In this document: positions 39,486-51,952 of the stretch, one piece after another
How positions within the stretch are numbered: the stretch's first letter is position 1
Layout: each line of letters starts with the position of its first letter
Assembly: GCF_009914755.1 (NCBI RefSeq)
Contig: NC_060929.1
DNA length: 64,000 bases
Direction: 5' to 3' (one strand)
Source: the human T2T-CHM13v2.0 reference genome, Homo sapiens
Program-made: the position numbers and the translations under genes
Notes under the pieces: generated by a model
The model's input: only the letters and a program-made list of their open reading frames with translations
Database searches by the model: none
Told to the model about the DNA's origin: nothing

Positions 39486-40225
39486 AGAGAGTTCAAGCAC
39501 CAAATATAAAGTGGAGAAGCACTAGATGATCTCTAAAGTCTTACTGGCACTTGGAGAACAAGTGTTTGTATTTGAACATGCGGAATCAAAGGGGAGTTGA
39601 GTAAAAGGGGCTCCAGAATTGACACAGGAGGAGGACTCAGTGCAGCAATCTCATGGGGCGTGGGGACAGAAGACACATCCCAAAGCTTCATGTGCCTCTC
39701 AAGCCCCTGCTTTTGTTTTATGTGTACTGGGGATAGGGGAGGTTGGTATGGAATGATGGAGATTATGGGAGAACAGAGTCCATCTAAGCCACTTTTGACT
39801 CTGCAACTGGGGGAGATGCAGCTGGCCTGGGAAGGAATCACAAACGTGGTCCAGTACTCAGTTTAGAGTTGTTGGCTTTGCTTCCATATACCTCCCTTTC
39901 TCATCTCCCAAATCCTTTGAGGAAGTTGGCTGGTGAAAATGTACTTATGTAAGTGGGGAGGGAGAGTTGTGCAAAGCTAGGAAGAAGCTGAGTTCTGCAT
40001 CAGAGGTGACATGAGAAAGAACCAGGAAAGCACTGTGGAGAGGAGGATGACCCATCAACTGACTCATCTGGGGGACAGGATCTGGGAGCCAGAGGTGATG
40101 GAGAAAACTAAAGCCCTCCTCCTGGCCCCCAGTGGGAATCTGATGGAGCCTGGTGGAGAGCCTCACATTTCTACAGGGCACGGTGTGGGAGGGGCCTGGA
40201 GGCCTTGTCTCTGGATGCACTAGGC

Positions 40226-40705
40226 TGGCAGTTCTGAAGCTTTTCATCATCAGGACCCTTTTACATGCTTAAAAAATATTAAGGATCCTAAGAGCTTTGG
40301 TGTATATGGGTTATATCTATTAACAGTTACCATTTTAGAGATTAGAACTAAGAATGGTAAAAATATTTAATTTGAATTTACTTATTTTAAAATAATAATA
40401 CATCCATTAGTTGCTAACAAAAATAACATATTTTTTTGAAAAACAATTATGCGTGGCAAAAAGTATATTGGGAGAAGTGGTATTGTTTTACATTTTTCAC
40501 AAATCTCTAATGTCCAGCTTTAGAAAGGCACCTAGAATCTCATTGCTACCTCGGCATTCAGACTGTTTTAACAATGCATGTTACATGACCTCTGGAACAT
40601 TCCATTGCACTCTCATAAGAGAATGAAAATGAAAAAGGCAAATAATGTCTTAGTATTATTATGAACAGAGTTTTGACTTTGCAAGCCTCCACTTTGAGAA
40701 CTGCT
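40226..40705. mobile_element. hAT-Charlie non-autonomous element (Charlie4a-like)
   Basis: CAGTTCT..CTTTT..TCAGGACCCTTTTACA..CTTAAAAA.TATT.AGGA start and CCACTTTGAGAACTGCT end (degenerate TIRs). Confidence 0.65.
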
Positions 40706-41520
40706 ACACTGGACTGTAGTGAATTTCTCCATGTCTCTCTGATCTTTCTTTGGTCATTTTCTTTCCCTTCCATGTGACAGGGCAATGGCTGGTGAGGTAC
40801 AGGAAGGTGGCACTTTGCTCAAACAGTGTCTTCTTAAATATTTCATAGAATTCAAACTCCCCCAAACACAAGACCAATTCAAAGAATACTGGATATTCTC
40901 ACATAACAGCCTGTGCTGCCAATGAACAATAAAATAAATGCAGTTTGCAATGCCCTGACCCAAGGAGTTTAAGATAAATTTTGGATGAGTTGTTGATTTA
41001 GAGGAGGAGCTGGTATCACTTCAGTAAGTCACAGAAAATAAGATTATATTAATATTTATATTGCATTATTTTAAATCTGCATAATGCTGAGTCTTCACTG
41101 TGAAGAAGGAAGCCCCTCACAATGATTAGTGAGGGGTAGGGAGGGAGAATGGCAAGAAGACACCAAGTTCCTTGCAGGCAAGCAAATAGATACATCATAA
41201 AAGTGAAGTGAAATTCCAGTCCTCTGAGATCTTCATAAATAGAAGAAACCCTCATTTCTTTCCTCCTCTGGTTGCAGCTTGGACTGATGAGCTGAAGCTC
41301 TGTCTGAGACCTGGCACTGTTAGGATGTCCCCCAGGGTTCTTTCCACCCCAGTTCTGGAGCTCAGGTGGCCCCTTGCCTCTGAATTCCACCGCTTTGTCT
41401 GAGTTCTGGAGGACGGCACATGGGAGAACCATCCAGGTGCACCTCTCCAGGTATGAGTCACTAGTCCATGAGAGGACAATAATAAATGATGGAAGCACTA
41501 GACACTCATTAGCAGAGTGG

Positions 41521-41526
41521 TTTATT
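41521..41526 (-). terminator. KCNMB1: Candidate distal polyadenylation signal AATAAA for KCNMB1 (another at 41692-41697)
   Basis: TTTATT on the + strand, about 4 kb downstream of the KCNMB1 stop. Confidence 0.55.
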
Positions 41527-42359
41527 AAGAACTGATGAAGGTTCTCTGCTCCCAGGCAGATATTATTGCAAAAAAACACGTAGGCACAGGGTCTAACTCC
41601 ATCATGCCTAAATTCCCATTATTTCATGCTTATCCCGTGCATAAAGTTCTGTGAGCAGCAGACAGTTGTGGCATTTGCTAGAAGGCCAGTCTTTATTGAC
41701 AGGAGGAGAACATCTATCTCAAGCAAATGAAGGTCATCATTAATAATTTATGGGACAGTGGGGGTTAGGCATCCTCACATACTAATTTTTCTAGAGGAAC
41801 ATGGCCTTTTCCCCTGCAGGGATTGTTTGGGTATTCTGAGTTTCTGTGTATTTTAGTCCCAAATTCAGGTGCATGGAAACCATTGACAAAATAGACCCTT
41901 TAAATCAGACTCCAAGTTGGGACTTCCTTTCTTATTTTTCTTCCTTTTTTAACTTAAATTTTTGAGATAATTGTAGATTCACATGAAGCTTTACGAAATA
42001 ATACAGAGACATTCCGTGCCCCCTCTACCTAATGTCCCCAATGGTAATATTTAATATTTTGCAAAACTATAGTACAATATTACAATTAAGACTTTCTTAA
42101 AAGACTCACATGAGGACCTTTGAGACTTCCCTGACCCCAGAAGGAAAAAATTCCAGGGAATGATGAGCTGCCTGCCTTTGGAAGGAAGGTCCACCAGGTA
42201 AGAAACTGGAGGCCACAGGGATACCTCTGGGCTCCCTGGCTGGAATTGGCAGATGCTGGTGCAGATGCCAGGGCCTCCCCTCAGAACTCCAACCTGCATG
42301 AGGGCACCTGGGTTCCAGGGATGCAACGCAGCTCCCTGCCTGGCCCCTGTGGCTTTGAG

Positions 42360-42476
42360 TGGCTGTGTCCCTCAGCCCTTCACAGCTGGCTCTGCCCCTC
42401 AGCCCTTCACAGCTGGCTCTGCCCCTCAGCCCTTCACAGCTGGCTCTGTCCCTCAGCCCTTCACAGCTGGCTCTGC
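42360..42476. repeat. 27-bp minisatellite, about 4.3 copies (TGGCTCTGCCCCTCAGCCCTTCACAGC)
   Basis: Units start at 42360, 42387, 42414 and 42441, with a partial at 42468; 0-2 mismatches each. Confidence 0.95.
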
Positions 42477-42968
42477 TGAGTTCTGTGGTTGAGATGCCAG
42501 GTACTGGAACACACAGCTCCAGGCTTGAGTCCTAGCCCCTCACTTTACAGATGGCCTTGGCCAGTTACCTCTTACAGCCTCAGTTTTTCATAGTAACTTA
42601 GATAGCACTTACCATATGTCACTATCCTAGGAAATTTACATAAAAATTTGTTTCATGCCAAAACTCTATGGAAAGATACTATTATCAGTTTCGTTTTGCA
42701 AACGAGGAAACAGGCACAGAAAGGTTATTCGTCCAAAGTCACCCAGCTTGTGAACAGCACAGCTGGAATTTGAACCCAAACAGTGCACATCCCAAGTCCA
42801 CATACTTAGCCACTGTCCTCTGTTGCTTCTCATCATCTGTGAGGCAGGTTCAGGAGTATCTCATTTTTTTTTCCAAGGCAAACTAATTAGTACAGTGCCT
42901 GGCACAGAATAAATAAGCACCCATACATGCCAGATAACATTGTCAGTATAACTTCTGGAAGTTTCTGA

Positions 42969-43297
<329 letters not shown>

Positions 43298-43325
43298 GAC
43301 TTTTTCTTGTTACTAACAATAGCTC

Positions 43326-43748
43326 TTTTTCCCTGATCCTCTCCCTCCTCCTACCTCCCGCCCTCCAATAGGCCTCAGTGTGTGTTGTTCCCCTCTTTGT
43401 GTCCATGTGTTTTCATCATTTAGCTCCCACTTATAAGTGAGAATATACAGTATTTAGTTTTGTGTCCCTGTGTTAGTTTGCTAAGGATAATATTTGGCCT
43501 CCAGCTCCATCCATGTCCCTGCAAAGGACATGATCTCCTTCCTTTTTATGGCTGCATAATATTCCATGACGTATACGTACCACATTTTCTTTAATAATGG
43601 GTACTAGACTTAATACCTGGGTGATGAAATAATCTGCACAACAAACTCCCTTGACACAAGTGTACCTATGTAACAAACCTGAACGTGTACCCTGCAACTT
43701 AAAATGAAAGTTAAGAAAAAAACACACACACAAAACAAACAAAAAAAA
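43326..43748. mobile_element. 5'-inverted L1PA-type 3' end (antisense 43326-43592 + sense 43593-43748)
   Basis: An antisense L1 3' segment is joined to sense AATGGGTACTAG..AATACCTGGGTGATGAAATAATCTG..ACCTATGTAACAAACCTG and an A-rich tail. Confidence 0.85.
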
Positions 43749-44029
43749 CTATAGTTGCCATTTTAAACACCTATGATGTGTCAAACATTCCTTCAGCCCT
43801 CCCAACTATCCAGAAAGAGTCCTTCTTTTATAGATGAAAAAACTAAGAATCAAAGAGATGAAATCGGGCAGAGTAGAGACAGGATTCAAACCCAAGATCT
43901 GCATCTTGGACTCACAACACTGGAAGAAACTTCAGACACCAGCCTAACTTCACACCCAGCTCAGGACTGGCCCTGCCGAATGGTCACTCACCTGCTCTGA
44001 AAATCCTCGCGACAGGACGCTCACTTCCT

Positions 44030-44232
44030 ACACCGGTAGTTCTCTGGCTCGAGGTGTGCCACAGAATCCCCTACGCATTGTTAGAACACAGAACATTGCT
44101 ACCCCCACCCCGTGCAGGGCTTCTGGCGTGGTGGGGCTGGGACAGGGGCCTGAGAGTGTGCATTTCTCACAAGCTGCCACAGGATCCTGATGCTGCTGGC
44201 CCAGGGACCACACTTGGACAGTCATCGTTCTA
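44030..44232. mobile_element. MER5A-like hAT fragment
   Basis: CAGAATC..TTGTTAGAACACAGA..GGGGCCTGAGA.TGTGCATTTCTCACAAGCT..TGATGCTGCTGGCCCAGGGACCACACTT. Confidence 0.7.
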
Positions 44233-44354
44233 GGAAAACTTCCTGGAGTGGGAATGGTAAAGGTGATGGCTTCTTCCCATTTTGCCCTTTTCAAATCTGA
44301 GATAGGCTTCCCCAGCAGGCTCAGTGCCAGAGTCCATACCCTCAATTTAAATAA

Positions 44355-44706
<352 letters not shown>

Positions 44707-45015
44707 CAGAGGGGTTTTTAAGATTGTGTGTTCTGAATGGCCTGTCTCTGACTGGAACCCAACTCCGTCCCCAGACCCACTTCCATCTTTTTCTGTGAGG
44801 GGGACACACTCTTTCAACTTTTCCAAAATGGCATCTACCATGGCTTTTCTGATTAAAAGCAAACGAAACACACCCTTCCTATAATCAAAAATTTAGAAAA
44901 GCAGCAAAAATAAAAAGGGGATAAGGAAGAAAACAGAAATTAACCACCATCCCACCGCTAAAATTTTGATGAGTTCTCATGTGTTTCCTTGCAGCTGATT
45001 GTTGTTTGGCATACA

Positions 45016-45021
45016 TTTATT
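45016..45021 (-). terminator. KCNMB1: Proximal polyadenylation signal AATAAA of KCNMB1
   Basis: TTTATT on the + strand, about 520 nt after the TAG stop. Confidence 0.7.
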
Positions 45022-45538
45022 AATATTGGAATTAAAAATATATATGGCACTTTATATCCTAGAAAATAGTAATACTGTAAATGTGTTCTAGAAATGGGAG
45101 CTGCTGTTGCTCTTATTAGAGAATTCAAACAAAGAAGGGAGGCTCGCTGGGGACAGCTTCTGGGGGAGGATGGGTACCGCTTTGAGACAACAGGGAGAAC
45201 TCAGGCACAGAGGTGACGATCATCGTTCTCTGTGGGGCACATAGTGATGCAGCCGGAAACAGGTATGAGTCAGTTGAGTGGGGACAGGTAATAGAGAGCT
45301 AGAACTGGCTGGCCTTATGGCCTCCAAGGCATTGGGGAGCCACTGTACATTCTTGAGCAGGCAATGACTTCACAAAAGGATTTCTCAAAGGTTAGTCCTG
45401 CAACAGAAGACAGCGTGGATTGGACTGGAAGAGTGGGAGGGCAGGTGGAGAAGGCATTGTGCTGCAAGTGGGGAGCAGCCCTGGGGGCCCAGCCAGTCCC
45501 CTGTGCCCTGACAAGTGGTATGGCATGGATGGATGGCT

Positions 45539-45808
45539 CTACTTCTGGGCCGCCAGGATGGACAGGTACTGGTTGCTCTTCACCATGGCGATAATGAGGA
45601 GGCCACCGGTCAGCAGGAAGGTGGGCCAGAAGAGGGAGAAGAGGAGGGCCTGGGGCCCGTAGAGGCGCTGGAATAGGACGCTGGTTTCGTTCCCCCGAGG
45701 TGCGGAGAAGCAGTAGAAGACCTGCTGCTCTTGGAATTTGGCTCTGACCTTCTCCACGTCGGCCCGGGCCGTCTGGTAATTGTCCACGCTGCCTGGGATG
45801 TAGGAGCA
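45539..45808 (-). CDS. KCNMB1: KCNMB1 last exon coding part (aa 103-191, CSYIPGSVDNY...TM2...ILAAQK*)
   Basis: Acceptor TTCTCCCCACAG|TGC; 270 nt to TAG; contains the N142 sequon (NET) and hydrophobic TM2 (ALLFSLFWPTFLLTGGLLIIAMV). Confidence 0.97.
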   Translation of the reverse strand, partial: CSYIPGSVDNYQTARADVEKVRAKFQEQQVFYCFSAPRGNETSVLFQRLYGPQALLFSLFWPTFLLTGGLLIIAMVKSNQYLSILAAQK

Positions 45809-46517
45809 CTGTGGGGAGAAACAAGAGCAGCTGTGGGCTTGGAAATCCCCATTTCTTAGCCAAGGGCTTGATATGGAGTAAAGAAAAATACCAGCTTTGT
45901 AGTCGGGCCCCTGGATTGGAGTCGGGGCTTTGGTCTAAAGCTTGGCAGGCCATGCGCTGTACAGGTCTGGAGAGCACGCTCTCATTTGTGTCTTGTGTGT
46001 GGATGGCGGTGCTGGAGCTGCTCGGGGTACAGGCTACACACCTGGGCGCAGGTCCTACCTTGGAGTCCTGGCTCTGCTTGGATTGGCTGTAGAATTTTTG
46101 GCAAATTTCTCACTCTTTCTGAGCCCTGAAGCTTCATCACTTAAATGGGTGAATATCGGTTTCAAAGGATATTATGAAAGAAGGACTTCACACAGAGCTA
46201 TCTAAGGAAACCAGGGAGGGACACAGGCCAAGTGGGCTGTGTATTTGAAATCGAGATCATGTGCTCAATTGCCTACAGGGCTCATGAAGGTATTGTCAGA
46301 GGGTGAAGCAGGCAAAGCAATGAGATGACAGGTGCCCACTGACTCTTGCCTTGGTGCCAGGAAGAATTGCCAGGGTGTGGCAGGGCCTGTCAATAGGGAG
46401 AGAGCCAGCTGCCTCCAGACAGGCAGTCACCACTCCCTCCAGGCAATGGATGTCAGGCCATCCAGAAGATCTATAATAGCCAGACCTCCAACACTTTAAG
46501 AGAAGTTAGAAACCAGA

Positions 46518-46801
46518 TCACACCTGTAATCCTAACACTTTGGGAAGCCGAAGGGGAAGGATCCCTTGAGCCCAGGAGTTCGAGACTAGCCTAGGCAACA
46601 TAGCAAGACTTTATCTCTACAAAAAAAGTTAAAAATTATCCAGGTGGGCATGGTGGTGTACCTGTAGTCCCAGCTACACAGGAGACTGAGGTGGGAGGAT
46701 CACCTGAGCCCAGGAGTTGGAGGCTGCAGTGAGCTATGATCTCGCAACTACACTCCAGGTAAGGCAACAAAGCGAGATCCCATTTCAAAAAAAAAAAAAA
46801 A
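46518..46801 (+). mobile_element. AluJ-like SINE in KCNMB1 intron 3
   Basis: CCTGTAATCC..GAGCCCAGGAGTTCGAGAC..GAGGCTGCAGTGAGCTATGAT, A-tail. Confidence 0.9.
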
Positions 46802-49490
46802 GTAAAATATTAGCTAAATTTAAAATTGAAAACCTTTGCAGTTTCAACCTGTGTACAGCAAACAAACTATGTTGGCAAGCGGGTATTTGACACTGGGATC
46901 CAAAGGAAAGAAAGAATGCATTGAAAAGAGTTTTGTGCCAGCAGAGCATGACACACATTTAATTCTGACGTTGATTATTGTTATTAGGAACTTTCTGCCC
47001 TGTTCAGATGAGGCCAGCTGGAAAGTGATGCAAAGCAGTCATAAAGCGGAGTTTTATCTGGTTTTATCTCTGTTCTGAGCTGCAAGTGTGGTGCCCCCAT
47101 CTGCAGCAGAATACCTACAGGGCCCCCATAGCCCAGGTCCCTACCCACTCTGCATCACTGAGGGCGAGACCCAGGAATGTGTGATTCCTTCATGCACTTA
47201 ATTTTGCCCTAGTGAAATCATGTGCAAGATCAAAATGTGTAAAACTGAGACCCAAATGGCAGGTGTTGAGCCAGATTCCTTGCAGGCCTCGGCCACTCCC
47301 TGGATTTATATGAGGTGCCACCCTGGAAGCTGCCTGCCCTGAGGGCATTCACTCCAGCAACACAGAGGAGGGTTGCACTGTAGTTCTCACAGCCTGGGAA
47401 ATGCAGATGCTGCACTCAGATCTAGGGCCCCAGCCAGCCAGGGAGTAGCTGAGGCTGGGGAGACGCTGGCTCCTCAGGAATCTGGCATTCAGAGCTGTTG
47501 GACACTGCCAGGTCCTCAGTAGCATATAATCCAGCATCCTGAGCTGACGGTGAGGGGGCCTGGCCTGAGTCTCTCCAATGCCTCTGACTGTGACCTTGGC
47601 TAACCTAGCTCCTTAAATAGCAGTGTGGCTATGGAGTCAGACAGGCCTGAGTTCTGAGCTGTGTGACCTTGGCAACTGCCACAACCTCACTGGGCCTTGT
47701 AAAATGGGTTTGTGAGGCTACCTGCCTAGGAGAACTGTCATGGGGATTAAATGAGATGATGCATGTAAAGCACTGAGCACAGAAGCCCAGCACACGATAA
47801 GAACTCAAAAAAGTGGAAGATGCTATTATTAATAATAATATGTTTTGACTTATCTATGAAATTGCAACAACAGCTCCTTCTTTACCTTCTTAAAAAGAGG
47901 TCTACGGATGAGCTCTGAAGTAGAGGCTTCTGTCCATCCTGGGCCTAGTGTATCCTCTGCCTGCTCAGGGTTCCTCTGGATCTTTTATGCTGGGCCTGTT
48001 TGGCAAGACACTGGGCAGGAATTCACTCTTCATGGCCAAACCCAGAAGCCGGGGCCTGAATGCATCCTTTCTCTCCTGTCCTGGGTCCAGCTAAGCCTGA
48101 GTTATCTGAATGATCTGAAACCAACCAGCTTTTTCCCAAGCCCTGCAGTGTAAGGTCCCCAGGACAGACAATGGGAGGGAATTTAGAACTCACCTGCTCC
48201 AGGCTAAGACTCACAGGAAAAGCTGAGGGCAGACTATGGCCCCTACCTTCAGAGTTGGAGGGTGGGATGAGAGTCTTCTTGGCCCTTCACAGTGATTCCA
48301 GAGGACACCCAGCTAGCCTGGAGCCCCAGCCACTTGAACCCCTATGATGGACATAGGCGGAAGGAGCAGCTAGCCCACAACCCAGCTGCTTGGCAAAAAC
48401 ACGAAGGGCATTTCCACTGCTTCCTCCCAGCTCCTGCAGCCTGCTATCAGCACCACACCTGGTCAAGCCTGGGCGGCAGGGGAGAGGACAGCAGTGGCTC
48501 CAGCATGTCCTTCCTTCACATCCTGCTGACAGTTCATTCAGGGGATGCTCCTCTGAGCTGGCAATCTCAGGACCAGGGAGGCAGCCTGAAAACCAGCCTG
48601 CTCTGGCCCATATCACTCCCGGAGAATGTTACCAGTTATTGAAAATTTGTTTCTTGCATTGGGATAAATCAAGGGCTACTGAATGCCAACGCAGAGGCAG
48701 GGGTCATGGGTAGGAGCTGCCTCCAGTGGGCCCTGAGACCTCTCTCCACCGGGTGGGGCCGAGTCATACTAGCGATGACAGAACACCTGACCATCCTGCA
48801 CTGCCCAGACCCACTTCTCATTGACCTTCAGCACTCTCAAGATCCCCCAGCCTCCACGCCCCATCCCAGGCACCCTGCCCCTTCCCGTCCCATCAGCCAT
48901 CAAGTCCGGACTGTCAGCATCTCCCCTGCTGCAGGCCACATCTTGGTCGTGAGTGCTTGCTGCGGCCTTGGCTCCTCTGTCTAGTAACTGGACCCACACA
49001 CCTGTAGGCTCCATCTTCCCAGCCCAACTCTGAAACTCTGATCATGCCCTAAAGATTCCCATTGCCAACAGCAATAATTTCCAACCTTAGAATCACCTTG
49101 GGAGCTCCATGAATGGATCTCTGACCAGAGATTCCACCTTGATATGTCTAGTGTTGGACCCTAGTTTTGTTTTTTAAGACTCTTACAGGGTTCTAATGCA
49201 TAGCCAAAGTTGACATATCTTGAGACATACACACTCACATTTTAATTCCATATTGTGGTGATCAAAGGCCTCTGGGAACAGACCTTAGTCTGCCCTGACA
49301 GCCTTTTCCAGCTGCATACACCCCATCATGGGTCATTTTCTGTAGTCAGCCCTCTGATCCCTGTCTCCACCTAGCCCTTCCCTCCGCCATGCCTCGTCCT
49401 ATAGGCATACCCGCTTCCTATATCACCTCATTCTCTATGCCTTGCATCCTGCGCCTGCCTGATGTTAAAAGCCTAATCCAAGAGCCTTTC

Positions 49491-49562
49491 TTTTTTTTTT
49501 TTTTTTTTTTGAGATGGAGTTTCACTCTTGTTGCCAGGCTGGAGTGCAATGGTGCAATCTCA
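49491..49562 (-). mobile_element. Severely 5'-truncated Alu (about 52 nt body + T20) with perfect 14-bp TSD
   Basis: CCAAGAGCCTTTCT at 49478-49491 and 49563-49576. Confidence 0.92.
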
Positions 49563-49754
49563 CCAAGAGCCTTTCTGATACCCCCATCATTGTCAGCTGG
49601 AAAACATCCCCCTCCTCTAACCCCTGTAACTTCCTCTGTTCTTCTCCCCGGTGCCAATTCTTCCCTGCTAGGCACTGTTCATGCATGAGCTCTCTCCTCT
49701 TGAGTCCTACAGGCTTGACACAGGAGGTGCTCAATGGCTGTTGAATAAATAAAT

Positions 49755-49905
49755 GAGAGGAGGAAAGAAGGAAACAAGGAAGGAAGGAAGGAAGGAAGGA
49801 AGGGAGGGAGAGAGGGAGGGAAGGAGGGAGGGGAAAAAAAAGAAAAGAAAGAAGGAGGGAAGAAAGGGAAAAAAGAAGGAAAGAAAGAAGGAAGGAAGAG
49901 AGACA
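49755..49905. repeat. (GGAA/GGGA/GAAA)n polypurine low-complexity tract
   Basis: About 150 nt almost purely A/G. Confidence 0.9.
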
Positions 49906-50513
49906 GAATATGGGCCAACTGATCGCTTTAGGAAAGGATATGGTGGTGAGTTTTGTGTTTTGGAGGGGGAGGGTGGGATGTTGGGATGCAAGGATGGAAA
50001 AACCATCTAAATGTTTGTTTATGGAGGTTACTCCAGCCCTGAGTCCCTGGTTTCCTGGGGAGTCACCGGGATTCCACTTTGAGGATCTGGCCCTGGGCCT
50101 GGTCCCTCATTTGACTGAGGTTGTAGAATGAAAGTACTAACACTAATCACTGCTTTTGTTTGAGTGCCCACTATCCACTCAGCATCAAGCGTGGCACTTT
50201 ATATACAGCGTCTCTGACTTGATAACAGCTCTTCAAGGTGCAGCATTAGCATTCCACTTTACAAGGGTGGAAACTGAGGAGGTGAGAGGCTAAGTGGCCT
50301 GCCTATGTTTACACAGCCAGTTAGCGGCAGATTCAAACCCAGGTCTGTGTGACTCCAACACAGAAGAGCTAGGGCTGGCTCAGTCTCATTCCAGCTGTGA
50401 GACCTGGTCAAGTGGGTTGATCTTTCTCAGCCTCGGGGACAGGGACAGTTAGGAACAGGCTCACACACCTGACAGGGATAAAGGGATGTGTCCCCATCCC
50501 TCCAGTTCAGTAC

Positions 50514-50685
50514 CTGCTGGTTCTGGTCCCGAGTGTCCTCCGTGTGGTACAGCACAGCCCACCTGCCGGCAGCTGACACGTTGACCCACAGGCATGGGTA
50601 CTGGGGCACCTTCTTGCCCTTCAGCTCCTCCTGGTCCCTGATGTTGGTCTCAATCAGGTGGCACTTGGATTCCTGGGTCCACACG
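50514..50685 (-). CDS. KCNMB1: KCNMB1 exon 3 (aa 45-102, extracellular loop SVWTQESKCH...TRDQNQQ)
   Basis: Acceptor CTCCTCAG|C, donor CAG|GTACTG, 172 nt; contains C53, E65, C76 and the N80 sequon (NVS). Confidence 0.97.
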
Positions 50686-50904
50686 CTGAGGAGACCACAC
50701 ACATGCACACATACACATCTCAGAACTGGGTGACACACAGAACACCCATTTGAACCCATTATCCCCTGGGAGCCTCTAGAGGGATCCAGGACTGGGATCC
50801 TCATCTTGTCTTCAGCATCCAGCAATAAAGGCACATGACCCCACAGTCCCCGGACACAGGGAGGAATTGTAGAAGCTGGATGGGGTCTTAGACATTATCT
50901 ATAT

Positions 50905-51082
50905 GACTGGTTCTCAACCTTGGCTACTCTTGCAACAACCTGGGGAGCTTCTAAAAAGATTCCCGTGTCCAAGCTACACCCCAGAGCAAGTGAATCAGAA
51001 CTTCTTGGGTGGTTTGGCCCAGGCCCTGGGTGTTTTTTCAAAGCTCCCTGATGTGATTCTGACGAGCAGCCAAACCTGAGAC
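50905..51082. mobile_element. MER5A-like hAT element
   Basis: TGGTTCTCAACCTTGGCT..CCTGGGGAGCTT.TAAAA..GAATCAGAA..AAGCTCCC..GTGATTCTGA..GCAGCCAA. Confidence 0.7.
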
Positions 51083-51894
51083 TTTCTTATCCATATCGTC
51101 TTCATTTTGCAGAGGCAGAAGAGAAACTCAGAAAGGTCAAGTGACTTTGCTGAGACCTTGCAGGACCTGAAGCTAGGTCTGAGTGGGTTGGAGAGCTGTG
51201 TTCTTTCCCCTAAAAGGAGCAGATGTAGAAGGGGTTTGAGTTGAGCCAGGATGGGAAAGATGGTGGGGACAGTCTCTAGATGGTGCTTCACCAGATTAAG
51301 AGTCCAGCCTGGAATCGCTTCAGCGTTGTGAAGAGTGAGGCTGCAGCAGGCCCGGGAGAGGCTAACAGGTTCATCAACATATTAGTAAATCAGTTGTGCT
51401 TCAACTCCCAAGTATCCTGTGGGAGACCCATTGCCAGTCAGAAGGGGGCTGTCAGCTGCTGGAACGTGCCCAGAGCACAGGTCTGAGACTTATCCTAAGG
51501 ACAGGCTGGGGGAACTGAGTGTCTTTGTTCCAAATAGAACACGAATTAGGAATTCACAGCTTTTCCTTAAAATCTCAAGTGGTTGATATGTCATGGAGCA
51601 AGGGCATGGACCATTCTCTGAGATTCCTGAGCAGAACTTCAGGGAAGCAGATGCTGGCTCAATGCAGACACATCAGAAAACCTCAAACATGAAATGTATG
51701 TTCAGTGAGGCAAGGAGCTCCCCGTCTCTTGAGGTATTCATCAGGAGGCTGGATGCCCACCTGACAGGGAGGCTTCAGAGGGGAGAGAATTATGCAGCTG
51801 AGCTGTAAACATCTGCAATTCTCTGATTCCTCCTGGGATCAAACTTGCACTGGAACCTTTGCTCTGATTCTTTGCTATTTCTTCTGAGAAGGGC

Positions 51895-51952
51895 ATCATG
51901 TGTCTGTTACCACCACGTCCTAGATCATGTGTCTGTTACCACCAGGTCCTAG
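51895..51952. repeat. 29-bp tandem duplication (ATCATGTGTCTGTTACCACCA(C/G)GTCCTAG x2)
   Basis: Two copies with one mismatch. Confidence 0.93.

Noticed and set aside
42360-42476. CRISPR-like array or repeat-protein ORF
   Set aside because: Head-to-tail units with no unique spacers in a mammalian genome; a minisatellite.
45315-45977. 220-aa ORF, the longest in the track, plus + strand ORFs 45364-45662
   Set aside because: Alternate-frame and antisense shadows of GC-rich KCNMB1 exon 4. The 220-aa ORF starts in intron 3 and no canonical splice enters that frame.
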